Of a DNA stretch of 64,000 bases, positions 38,513-47,195 are shown piece after piece; position 1 is the first letter of the stretch; every line of letters starts with the position of its first letter. Made by a program: the position numbers and the translations under genes. The stretch is from Acidobacteriaceae bacterium. GTDB taxonomy: Bacteria > Acidobacteriota > Terriglobia > Terriglobales > Acidobacteriaceae. The notes beneath the pieces are model-generated. The model made no database searches. It saw nothing but the letters and a program-made list of their open reading frames with translations, and was not told the origin of the DNA. The stretch lies in assembly GCA_965277145.1 (NCBI GenBank), contig OZ255717.1, forward strand, positions 435,626 to 499,625, read 5' to 3'.

Positions 38513-39895
38513 TCAGCGGGAGCCCCCGGTACTCGGACCCGTCGGTACAGGCCAAAGCTGCGCGATGCGATCTACAACTTGATCCACCAGGCTGCCTGCA
38601 GCGAACGCGTTCTCCGGCGCCACCTGAACAAAGCGAATCCTGCCGTCGTGATCCGTCGCGACCAGCAGAGGATAGTCCGTCGCCGCGAACACACGGCTGG
38701 GCAGGTCCGGATCGACCACAAGCGTCGGCGTGCCGCGCAACATCTCGGCTGCAGACTTCGTTGACGCGCTGCCCGCGGCGGTAGCAGCCGCCGGCGCAGG
38801 TGGCGGCTGGCCCGTGTGGGGTCGCCTCGAAGAAGTCACCGCCGGCGCAGGCCCGATCGGCTTTGCCGCTGCCAGCAAGCCGTAAAGATGGACGTCGTCA
38901 TCCACGTGCCTCGCCAGAAACGGCATAAACTGTTTGCCCATCCGAACGCACTGCGCACACCACTCCGGAAAGACAAGCAGAACCGTTGCGCTGCCGTACC
39001 GCGGGTTGATCCGCGGCGTCTCGTTCGCTGCCCCAAAAAGCGACAAACTAGCCGGGATCGCGGGCAGGGGCGTCCCGAGCAAAGCAAACTGACGCCGCAG
39101 GTTCGCAATCTGCAAAGCCTCATCACCGGGAAGATCCGGCGAAAGCGAACTGTCGATCTCAGAGACCGCCGCATCCACAGCCTGCCCCGCGTTCTCAAGC
39201 CCCAGCAGCGTCGGCAACATCAGCGCCGACGCGTAGAGCTCATGCGGCCGAAGCGGCGTCTCCGTACCCACCACCGCTGTCGCCGGCGCCCGCATCTGCG
39301 CGAGAAGGTGCGTCTGCCGCTCCGCCGCAAGATCGATCGCCTTCTCCGTCTGGATGAGCTGCAGGTAGCGAAGAAGCTCCTCGGTCGCCGCCTCCACCGT
39401 CGCTGAATACGGCTCCGTTCGAATCATCTGCTGGGCCGCCGCAAGCGCCCTCGTGGGGTCATTCCGGTGCTGGCCGGCGTCCATCTGCAGGCTCGCGTCC
39501 ACCACGTACGCCAGCGCCTTGGTTGCGGCTGCCGTGCTCTGTGACGCCAGGTCTGTGTCCTTCAGGTACCGCTCGGCAGCGGCGAGCACCTGCGGCCACT
39601 GCTGCCCCAGCGCGCAAAGCCGCGCAAGATCGATCAGAGCGTCGCCCGTATACATCTCGGCCGGCCGCGATCCGCACGCAACCTGCGCCTGCTTGATCGC
39701 AACCGCCAGCGCCCCGGTCTCGATGTCCGACCAGTTCTCAATCGACCGGTGCGTAATCTCCACTGGCCGAACCGCCTGCTCATACGCCGCCCCCGGCGAA
39801 AGTTGCGCATCCGCCGCCGCCGCCCCCGTCTGTGCCCAGGAGATCGCGGCCAACCAGCAAACCAACACGGCGACGGAGACCGAGAGACATCGCAT
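38513..39895 (-). CDS. Exported protein with helical N-region and C-terminal TlpA/thioredoxin-like domain
   Basis: Signal peptide; VLLVFPEWCAQC (WCxxC); YPLLVATDHDGRIRFV. Confidence 0.7.
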   Translation of the reverse strand: MRCLSVSVAVLVCWLAAISWAQTGAAAADAQLSPGAAYEQAVRPVEITHRSIENWSDIETGALAVAIKQAQVACGSRPAEMYTGDALIDLARLCALGQQWPQVLAAAERYLKDTDLASQSTAAATKALAYVVDASLQMDAGQHRNDPTRALAAAQQMIRTEPYSATVEAATEELLRYLQLIQTEKAIDLAAERQTHLLAQMRAPATAVVGTETPLRPHELYASALMLPTLLGLENAGQAVDAAVSEIDSSLSPDLPGDEALQIANLRRQFALLGTPLPAIPASLSLFGAANETPRINPRYGSATVLLVFPEWCAQCVRMGKQFMPFLARHVDDDVHLYGLLAAAKPIGPAPAVTSSRRPHTGQPPPAPAAATAAGSASTKSAAEMLRGTPTLVVDPDLPSRVFAATDYPLLVATDHDGRIRFVQVAPENAFAAGSLVDQVVDRIAQLWPVPTGPSTGGSR

Positions 39896-39933
39896 ACGGC
39901 ACCCTCCGCCCAGAGCGTACCAGAGTCGGTCTA

Positions 39934-40062
39934 GGGACCTCTGCTCAAGTCCCGCCTCGTTAAGGGCACGGCTTCAGCCGTGCCGTAACCGCAACCGATA
40001 GAACGCGGCTTTAGCCGCTGAGGTACGCTTTTGGCTAGCCGAGGCTCTAAATCAGAGGTTCC
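39934..40062. mobile_element. About 128-bp MITE with IS5-like TIRs enclosing two hairpins
   Basis: Ends GGGACCTCTGCTCAAGT / TCTAAATCAGAGGTTCC; flanks CTA(G) and TTAG; internal GGCACGGCTTCAGCCGTGCC and GCGGCTTTAGCCGC. Confidence 0.75.
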
Positions 40063-40833
40063 TTAGAACCCAGCCGCCGCCATCATGTCATTAAACTTCG
40101 TAAAAAACGCCTCATAGCCGTCCCCCTTAGCCGCAAATCGCAACGGCTTCACCCGCTCCACATTGATCTCCGTCGGCGTCGGCGAACTCCCAAGAATCTC
40201 CATCACCTCCGTCAGAAACGCATGGAGCGGCATCGCATTCGGGTCGCTAGCCTGCCGCGCTCCACCTAACTCCGTCTGCACATACGGCGGAATCAGCTCA
40301 ATCACCTCCACCTTGCTTCCCTTCATCTGGTACCGCAGCGACTCGCTGTACGAGTGCATCGCCGCCTTCGTCGCGTTATACGTCGGAAATCCCGCCAACG
40401 GCACAAACGCCAGCCCCGAAGTCACATTCATCACCGTCGCCTCCGCCTGCTTCTTCAGCAACGGGAGCAGCGCCGACGTCAGCCGGATCGGCCCCAGCAG
40501 ATTCGTCGTGATCGTCGCCTCTGCAACGGCGGTGTCCAGCACCTCCCCCGTCAGCTTCTCCGGTCGCATGATCCCCGCATTGTTGATCAGGACGTTCAGG
40601 CGAGGGAACCGCTCGGCCGCCTCCGCTCCAAACCTCTCAATGGCCGCCCCATTCCCCACGTCCAGCGTCACCGACCGCATCCCCGGGTGAGCCGCCGTCG
40701 CCGCGTCCAAAACATCCTTGCGCCGCCCCGCGATAATCACCTCGTTGCCCAACGCCTGCAGTCGCTCCGCCAGCCCCAACCCAATCCCGGAGCCCCCGCC
40801 TGTCACCAAAATCGTGTTGCCCGTCATCTTCAT
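40063..40833 (-). CDS. SDR family oxidoreductase (DltE-like)
   Basis: TGGGSGIG, NVLINNAGI, NVTSGLA, YNATK. Confidence 0.93.
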   Translation of the reverse strand: MKMTGNTILVTGGGSGIGLGLAERLQALGNEVIIAGRRKDVLDAATAAHPGMRSVTLDVGNGAAIERFGAEAAERFPRLNVLINNAGIMRPEKLTGEVLDTAVAEATITTNLLGPIRLTSALLPLLKKQAEATVMNVTSGLAFVPLAGFPTYNATKAAMHSYSESLRYQMKGSKVEVIELIPPYVQTELGGARQASDPNAMPLHAFLTEVMEILGSSPTPTEINVERVKPLRFAAKGDGYEAFFTKFNDMMAAAGF

Positions 40834-40939
40834 CTCTGCTCTCTCCTCATCTCGTCGACACAGCCCGTCTCGCGAGTTCCTGAGAGCATCCTAAAGTCTC
40901 CAGCCTTCTAAAGCTCCAACCGAGCAGCCCGCGGACCAC

Positions 40940-41431
40940 CTAAGCCATCGTGCTGATCAGCATCCCCGTGCTCCGTCCGTTCTGCACAAAGTACTTCGCC
41001 AGCTCCCGAAGCGCACCGCTCGTACTTCCGCTCTCAAGCGACGTCGTCATCTGCGACAGAAGATCGTTCAGCGGATCCGATGTCCCACCCGCCGATGAGC
41101 CGCTGCCGATCGCGACCGACGCCACCTGCATCTTCAGGTCGGCCTTCAACTTACCCAAATCCGACTTCGCCCCAGACGTATCCCCCAATGCCAACGCCCG
41201 CAACAGCGTCGCCAGGTCAGAGGTGATGCCGCTCAGCGTCGCGTCCCCCGTGCCCACCTTCGCGCCCGCCGAACTCCCAGCCGTCCCAGCCGCCCCAGCC
41301 GCCCCAGCCATGCCGACGTCCGTAGTCGACACCTCCCCGGCATCCGCAAACAGCGAAGTATAGTACGAAGCATCCAAGAGAGAACTGGGAGAGATACCCG
41401 AAAGAGACAAGGGGCGATTCCTTTCGATCAC
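40940..41431 (-). CDS. Hypothetical Ala/Gly/Ser-rich helical protein
   Basis: Only plausible ORF in the gap; low-complexity N-half and two helical segments. Confidence 0.55.
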   Translation of the reverse strand: MIERNRPLSLSGISPSSLLDASYYTSLFADAGEVSTTDVGMAGAAGAAGTAGSSAGAKVGTGDATLSGITSDLATLLRALALGDTSGAKSDLGKLKADLKMQVASVAIGSGSSAGGTSDPLNDLLSQMTTSLESGSTSGALRELAKYFVQNGRSTGMLISTMA

Positions 41432-41589
41432 AAAGTCTGAGCTCAGCCTAAAAGCTCACCGCACACCCGCAATATCCCCCAAACAGGCCACCCCGAGCAC
41501 CAAATCCGCTCACCCCCCCAAAAGATCCCGCAACTCCACCGCCCAACCTCCATCCGCGGCAGTCTAAACTGGACAAGACACTCCCCGCG

Positions 41590-43596
41590 ATGAACCTCCC
41601 CTTCCGCACGCGCAAAGCCACCCCGCCCCAACCAGCCCACCCCCCGCGTCCCGAGCCACCGCTCCGCCACCCCCACCGACCCCTCAGCCGCGAAGAAAAA
41701 CTCTCCCCCGCCAAGCTCCACGCCGCCCAGTACGTCATCGCCGCCGTCCTCGCCATCCTCCTCATCGGCCTCTACCGCCTCCAGATCCTCGACCGCACCA
41801 ACTACCGCGTCCTCGCCGAAGCCAACCGCGTCCGCAAAATCCCCGTCCTCGCCCCCCGCGGCCGCCTCTTCGACCGCGAAGGCCGCCTCCTCGTCGGCAA
41901 CTATCCCTCCGTCACCTGCTTCCTCCTCCGCGACCAGATGGCCGACGCCAACCTCGACCTTCCCCTCATCTCCGCCGGCCTCCACCTCCCCGTCGAGCAG
42001 ATCCAGGCCACCATCCGACGCTTCGCCCTCACACCCCAGCTCCAGTCCATCCCCCTCAAAGTCGACATCACCCCCGACGAGCAGGCCTTCCTCGCCGCCC
42101 ACCGCGACGAACTCCCCGAACTCGAAACCCGCGACGACCAGCGCCGACTCTACCCCCGCGATGGCTTCGCCGCCCATCTCACCGGATACGTCGGCGAAGT
42201 CTCCGAAGCCATGCTCGACGACCCCCGCTACGCCTTCTACGACCCCGGCGACGTCGTCGGCCGCTCCGGCGTCGAGCAAACCTACGACGCCCTCCTCCGC
42301 GGAACAGACGGCTCCCGCGACGTCGTCGTCAACTCCCACGGCAAAGAACTCGGCCCCCTCAGCCAGACCTACCCCATCCCCGGCAAAGACCTCAAACTCA
42401 CCATCGACCTCGACATTCAAATGGCCGCCGAAAAAGCCATGCAGGGCAAGGTCGGCGCCATGGTCGCCCTCGACCCTCACACCGGCGAGATCCTCGCCCT
42501 CGTCTCCCGCCCCACCTTCGACCCCAACCAGTTCTCGCAACACCTCACAAAAACCTACTGGAACGAGATCCTCAACAACCCCGATCACCCCCTACTCAAC
42601 AAAGTTACCCAGGCCCAGCTCGCCCCCGGTTCCACCTTCAAAATCATCATGTCCGTCGCCGGCCTCCAGGAACACCAGGCCCAGGACATGAAGGTCTTCT
42701 GCGCCGGCGGCGCCTCCTTCTACGGACACTTCTTCGCCTGCGACAAACACCACGGCTCCGTCGACATCTACCACGCCATCCCGTGGTCCTGCGACACCTT
42801 CTACTACACCCTCGCCAACCGCCTCGGCATCGACACCATCGCCCGCTACGCCACCGCCCTCGGCTTCGCCTCCCGCACCGGCATCGACCTCCCCGACGAA
42901 GCCTCCGGAACCATGCCCTCCACCGCCTGGAAACTCAAAACCCAACACGAAAAATGGTACGCCGGCGAAACTATCTCCGTCGGCATCGGCCAGGGAGCCA
43001 TCGCCGCCACACCCCTCCAACTCGCCCGCGCCATCGGCGGCATCGCCTCCGGTGGCGTCCTCCACCGACCCCACCTCGTCTTCCCCGACGAGGTCCCGCC
43101 CGACCAACTCGAAGCCGTCCACGAAACCTTCTCCGGCTCCGGCGACCGCACCGTCCCCATCTCCACCGAAAATTGGCAGATCATCACCGACGCCATGGCC
43201 GCCACCACCACCTCCGGAACCGCCGCCGCCTCCCACCTCGAAGGCATCGACTTCGCCGGCAAAACCGGCACCGCCCAGGTCATGGGTCACGACGCCCTCG
43301 CTCGCACCGGCAAAAGCCACCGAACCGTCCCCAACGCCTGGTTCGTCGGCATGGCCCCCCGCCGAAACCCCGACATCGTCGTCGCCGTCCTCTGGGAAAA
43401 CGGCGACTGGGGAGCCAACTCCGCCAAACTCGCCGCCCAAGTCATCGACGCCTTCGTCGAAAAACAACGCCAACGCAACGGCAACCTACGCCTGGTAGCC
43501 GAATCCCCCAACCCACACACCCCAACCGCATCCAAACCCGCGGCAAGCCTCTCTGCCGCACCACACACCACTGCCCCAGACGACACCAACCGCTAG
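41590..43596 (+). CDS. mrdA: Penicillin-binding protein 2
   Basis: APRGRLFDR, GSTFK (SxxK), SCD, KTGTAQ. Confidence 0.95.
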   Translation: MNLPFRTRKATPPQPAHPPRPEPPLRHPHRPLSREEKLSPAKLHAAQYVIAAVLAILLIGLYRLQILDRTNYRVLAEANRVRKIPVLAPRGRLFDREGRLLVGNYPSVTCFLLRDQMADANLDLPLISAGLHLPVEQIQATIRRFALTPQLQSIPLKVDITPDEQAFLAAHRDELPELETRDDQRRLYPRDGFAAHLTGYVGEVSEAMLDDPRYAFYDPGDVVGRSGVEQTYDALLRGTDGSRDVVVNSHGKELGPLSQTYPIPGKDLKLTIDLDIQMAAEKAMQGKVGAMVALDPHTGEILALVSRPTFDPNQFSQHLTKTYWNEILNNPDHPLLNKVTQAQLAPGSTFKIIMSVAGLQEHQAQDMKVFCAGGASFYGHFFACDKHHGSVDIYHAIPWSCDTFYYTLANRLGIDTIARYATALGFASRTGIDLPDEASGTMPSTAWKLKTQHEKWYAGETISVGIGQGAIAATPLQLARAIGGIASGGVLHRPHLVFPDEVPPDQLEAVHETFSGSGDRTVPISTENWQIITDAMAATTTSGTAAASHLEGIDFAGKTGTAQVMGHDALARTGKSHRTVPNAWFVGMAPRRNPDIVVAVLWENGDWGANSAKLAAQVIDAFVEKQRQRNGNLRLVAESPNPHTPTASKPAASLSAAPHTTAPDDTNR

Positions 43597-43681
43597 CACT
43601 GGCTTCCGTGATCATGCGTTCGATCAAGCCGGACGTGTTCGCAATTATTTCCGCTATGCCACTTCTCTGGACCGAGCAGCG

Positions 43682-44869
43682 TTAGCCCGGCAAATGGCTA
43701 AGGAAATCCTTCGGAAAATCGTTCTTTAGCATCCTGCGAACTAGACACTTGGTGAGCAGTAGACGGTCAGTGACTGAATGCGTATGAGTCAGATCATCTG
43801 TTGAAAGGGGAAGCTCTCCGCTGCTCCCGAATAAGGCGTGTGCGATGTTGACTCGCAATGGTTTAAGAACGCTCTCGATCACCTCTGATGCCTTCTGTCC
43901 GCGAACCTCCTGCGGCACGGCCGACTCGAAAGTGGAGAGATCGAACTCCCGGCGAACGTAGAATAAACCTTCCAGCCATCTTCCGATCTCAGCAGATGTA
44001 CTAGGCAGCACTTCGTCAGGCACGGTATAGGTTGCATTAGCTCTCTTAGCTTCCCGTGCAAGCCGCGTTCTCCGTGCGCTTGAGGCTTCTAGAATCTTGA
44101 ACAAACACAGAAACTGATAAACCGGGCTATTTGTGTTCAACGCCTCACGATAGAGAGCGGCATAACTCCGAAACTCTGGTCCGAAGTTGGACGTCGCATG
44201 GATCGCCATCGGAGCTTCGAGATGTCGAGACACGAAGCTGATCGAAACGCTCCCATTGGAGAGTTCCTTAGTTTCCCGGTAGCCGATCTCTAGTGGAATA
44301 TCGAGGTGAACGCTCATGTTGCTCAGCGGTGATGCCAGCGCACGATACGCGATTTCCTCCGCGTGACTCCGGTCACTTGCTTGGAAGGGAGCCGTTAGCA
44401 GCTTGCCCAGATACCCTTTTTCGTTCGGAAGACCAACGAATTCAAACTGGCCGTCGTCAGTTACTCCTACGATTCGAATCTTGTCGGCATCGGGATTACC
44501 TGGCGGGGCAAAGGCCGGTTTGCTAATAGCAAGGTGCGAATCGCCGCGCAGACCGGACGAGAAAGAAAGTTGATGTTCCTGCTGCAACTTGTACCCCGGC
44601 CGATGCAGGATGAATGTGACTTCATAAAGTCCCGAGCTGCCTCCGAGCGGAAGGTTATTGCGTGGATCATGTTCTTGGAAGCGATAGAGCACGTGCAGAG
44701 TCTGATAGGTCCCTGGAAAGCCCCCGAGCGATATTCGCTCTTCAGGGGCGTTCGGGTCCCCTTTGCCAAGAGGAATCTCTCCTGCACTGTTCAGCACAGA
44801 GCCGTGACAGCGCCGATAGGGCAGACTACTACCGCAAGGACACAGGTCCTCTGCTTCAAGCTCTGACAT
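43682..44869 (-). CDS. SEC-C motif protein with C-terminal HEPN-like (MauJ-like) domain
   Basis: CPCGSSLPYRRCHG at the N-terminus; YREALNTNSPVYQFLCLFKILE helix; RVNIAH (R-X4-H); about 47-50% GC in lines counted. Confidence 0.7.
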   Translation of the reverse strand: MSELEAEDLCPCGSSLPYRRCHGSVLNSAGEIPLGKGDPNAPEERISLGGFPGTYQTLHVLYRFQEHDPRNNLPLGGSSGLYEVTFILHRPGYKLQQEHQLSFSSGLRGDSHLAISKPAFAPPGNPDADKIRIVGVTDDGQFEFVGLPNEKGYLGKLLTAPFQASDRSHAEEIAYRALASPLSNMSVHLDIPLEIGYRETKELSNGSVSISFVSRHLEAPMAIHATSNFGPEFRSYAALYREALNTNSPVYQFLCLFKILEASSARRTRLAREAKRANATYTVPDEVLPSTSAEIGRWLEGLFYVRREFDLSTFESAVPQEVRGQKASEVIESVLKPLRVNIAHALFGSSGELPLSTDDLTHTHSVTDRLLLTKCLVRRMLKNDFPKDFLSHLPG

Positions 44870-45035
44870 GCTTACCTCGTAGCAAATCCTAATCGTCTCA
44901 AGCCGCCATCACAATCGTTTCGCGATCAACGAATGAGCTTGATCCAAGCCGCACGGCGGGCCCGCGAAGGCAAGGGTGCTTAAAAGAACCGAAACAACTC
45001 AAGATGGTGTACTTCGCCGGCGCGACTGGGCCCAA

Positions 45036-45052
45036 TCTGAATACTATTCAGA
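45036..45052. promoter_or_regulatory. Perfect inverted repeat before the dual-HEPN gene
   Basis: TCTGAATA-C-TATTCAGA ending 4 nt before ATG 45056. Confidence 0.55.
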
Positions 45053-45055
45053 CCC

Positions 45056-45754
45056 ATGGAGCATACTTGGGCATCAGGTGCAATCGAGCTGATCCGACAT
45101 GCCGACTCCCATATACATCAGGAGACAGCGTTCGATAGGCGGGTTGCCTTTATCAGCATCGACAACTCGGTCGAAACCTCGATTAGAACTTTCTTGTCAC
45201 TTCCATCGTCGAAGTCGGGCGTCAGAATACAGCGAAAAGATATCGAGGCCGTGGAGAACAGCTTTCCGGGCCTCGTTGCTCTTCTCTGGCAGCACGCGGC
45301 CGGCTGGTTGACCGGTATCGATGACGCTGACATTGAGCACTACCATCGTATTCGCAACAAGCTCTATCACGATGGAACCGGGCTAAGCGTAGATGTGCAG
45401 TATTTGCTGGCCTATAGACAGATTGCCGTCTTGCTTCTCAAGAATCTTTTCAGGGTGGATCTAGGAGAGCCCAAACCGGCGCCAACACTCGAGCGGCTCA
45501 TCGTCCTTTGGAACCAGATTGAAGAAACGTTGGAAGGCAAGCTCAAAAAGGCAGGAATAGTGCACCGTCATACATTTTTCTGGGAAGAGGCGATGCTGGC
45601 CGACGTGATAACCGGCGATGACATTCGCCGGCTGACCGAACTCAGAATGATACGCAACACCCAAGTACATTCTTCAGATATTGACCGTGCAGATGTCGAA
45701 AGAGCGGTTTCCCTCGCCGAAAACTTGCTTTCGAAGCTAAAACAAAAACCTTGA
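45056..45754 (+). CDS. Putative tandem (dual) HEPN-domain protein
   Basis: All-helical 232 aa; RNKLYH and RNTQVH motifs, each downstream of an E-bearing helix (IDNSVE; WNQIEE). Confidence 0.7.
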   Translation: MEHTWASGAIELIRHADSHIHQETAFDRRVAFISIDNSVETSIRTFLSLPSSKSGVRIQRKDIEAVENSFPGLVALLWQHAAGWLTGIDDADIEHYHRIRNKLYHDGTGLSVDVQYLLAYRQIAVLLLKNLFRVDLGEPKPAPTLERLIVLWNQIEETLEGKLKKAGIVHRHTFFWEEAMLADVITGDDIRRLTELRMIRNTQVHSSDIDRADVERAVSLAENLLSKLKQKP

Positions 45755-45855
45755 ATCGTCCCCCAAGCCGCGACAATCCCCAACGAGCTCCCTCCAGCCC
45801 TTGTTGCCGGCACCTTGGACGCCGGCGCCGCACTCCAGGCCACGTCCCAAAATCC

Positions 45856-46614
45856 CTACGGCGCTGCCGAGAGTGGGGCAGGCCTCGTCGTGGTCGTCTC
45901 GGCGGGACGTGGAACGGCGCGCAGGCTGAAGCTCGCGATGCTGGCCGGGCTCGAGTTCGGACGCACCTGCAGCGTGCCGAGGACCTCGGCCGCCAGAGAT
46001 GTCTGGTCGCGGAGTCGGAAGACAAGAACGCCGGGTTCGATCTCCCTGGCAGACAAGACGTTGAAGCCGCCGGTCTGCTTCCGAAGTCCGATCTGTGCAG
46101 CGGCCGAGGAGTCGAGCGCAACACTCGGCAACGCGCTGCGAAGCCCGGCATAATTAACCTGATTGAAGGCAGCGAGCCAGGCGTAAAAAAGATGGCCGGC
46201 GGGGGTGTCCGGAATCAGGCCCACCTGGTCGCCAAAGCGGGGCAGGTGAACGAGGATCGTCGGGTGAACGGGACTGACGTGGTCCCCGGGGCGCGCGGGC
46301 ACAGGAGCGTCCCCCGGATCTCCGACAGCGATGGTATCGACCTGGGACGGATCGTCCTTGTCGTCCGCGGCGGCTTCGGGTGGGTTGCCGGCCCGTTGCG
46401 CCGCGCCGGAGTTGGCAGAACTGAGATGCGCATGTCCGTTGTGACCCAGGGCATAGAGCACGGGGGAAAGCGCACCGATCGCGGCCACGGTCGCGAGCAG
46501 GATCGCTCCGGGACGGAGCGGCTGCCGCCCCGTGAGGTAAAAGTTGGGCGCGGCAACAGGCCGAGCTCCGGCTGAACGGGCCTGCTGCATCGTGCTGGTG
46601 CTGGGTGGAAGCAC
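45856..46614 (-). CDS. Membrane-anchored protein carrying a stand-alone copy of the S41 peptidase N-terminal domain
   Basis: IPDTPAGHLFYAWLAAFN...TGGFNVLS...FSLRAVP aligns collinearly with the N-terminus of the protein at 47192. Confidence 0.7.
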   Translation of the reverse strand: MLPPSTSTMQQARSAGARPVAAPNFYLTGRQPLRPGAILLATVAAIGALSPVLYALGHNGHAHLSSANSGAAQRAGNPPEAAADDKDDPSQVDTIAVGDPGDAPVPARPGDHVSPVHPTILVHLPRFGDQVGLIPDTPAGHLFYAWLAAFNQVNYAGLRSALPSVALDSSAAAQIGLRKQTGGFNVLSAREIEPGVLVFRLRDQTSLAAEVLGTLQVRPNSSPASIASFSLRAVPRPAETTTTRPAPLSAAP

Positions 46615-46649
46615 GCTGTCCTCCGGAAAACCATTCCATTATACTCCGG

Positions 46650-46667
46650 TGCATAAGCGCTTATGCA
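46650..46667. promoter_or_regulatory. Putative MarR operator
   Basis: Perfect 18-bp palindrome TGCATAAGCGCTTATGCA in the short divergent intergenic region. Confidence 0.65.
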
Positions 46668-46685
46668 TGTGCTACTCTCATCCCC

Positions 46686-47195
46686 GTGAAGCGCGGCCTA
46701 GGCACACAACTCCGACATCTAACCGATCTCCTCGACGGAGCCGTCGCTGAGGCGTACAAAAAGGACGGCCTCACCTATCGGCCGCGGTACACACCCGTCA
46801 TGCGCGCGTTAGTGGCCGACGGTCCAGGCAGCGTCACACAGATCGCCCAGACCTCTGGAATCACCCAGCCCGCCGCCACCCAGACCATCGCCCTCATGAT
46901 CCGCGAAGGCCTTCTCTCCGCCGAGCCGAGCGCAACCGATAACCGACAAAAGCTGATCCGGATCACCCCGTACGGATGCAGGCAACTGCCGCGCCTGGAG
47001 GCTTGTTGGAACGCCGCAACCGCTGCCGCAAACAGCCTCGATGCCGACCTCCCATTCCCTCTGTCCGAGCTTCTGGACCTCGCAATCCATGCGCTTGCGA
47101 AACAAACATTCGCGGAGCGTATCGACTCTGCTCGCCAAGACCAAGCGAACCGCCATCCCGCAAAAAAACGACAAAAGAAAGAGGCAAGAAAATGA
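46686..47195 (+). CDS. MarR family transcriptional regulator
   Basis: GSVTQIAQTSGITQPAATQTIALMIREGLL...DNRQKLIRITPYG winged HTH; GTG start chosen. Confidence 0.88.
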   Translation: MKRGLGTQLRHLTDLLDGAVAEAYKKDGLTYRPRYTPVMRALVADGPGSVTQIAQTSGITQPAATQTIALMIREGLLSAEPSATDNRQKLIRITPYGCRQLPRLEACWNAATAAANSLDADLPFPLSELLDLAIHALAKQTFAERIDSARQDQANRHPAKKRQKKEARK

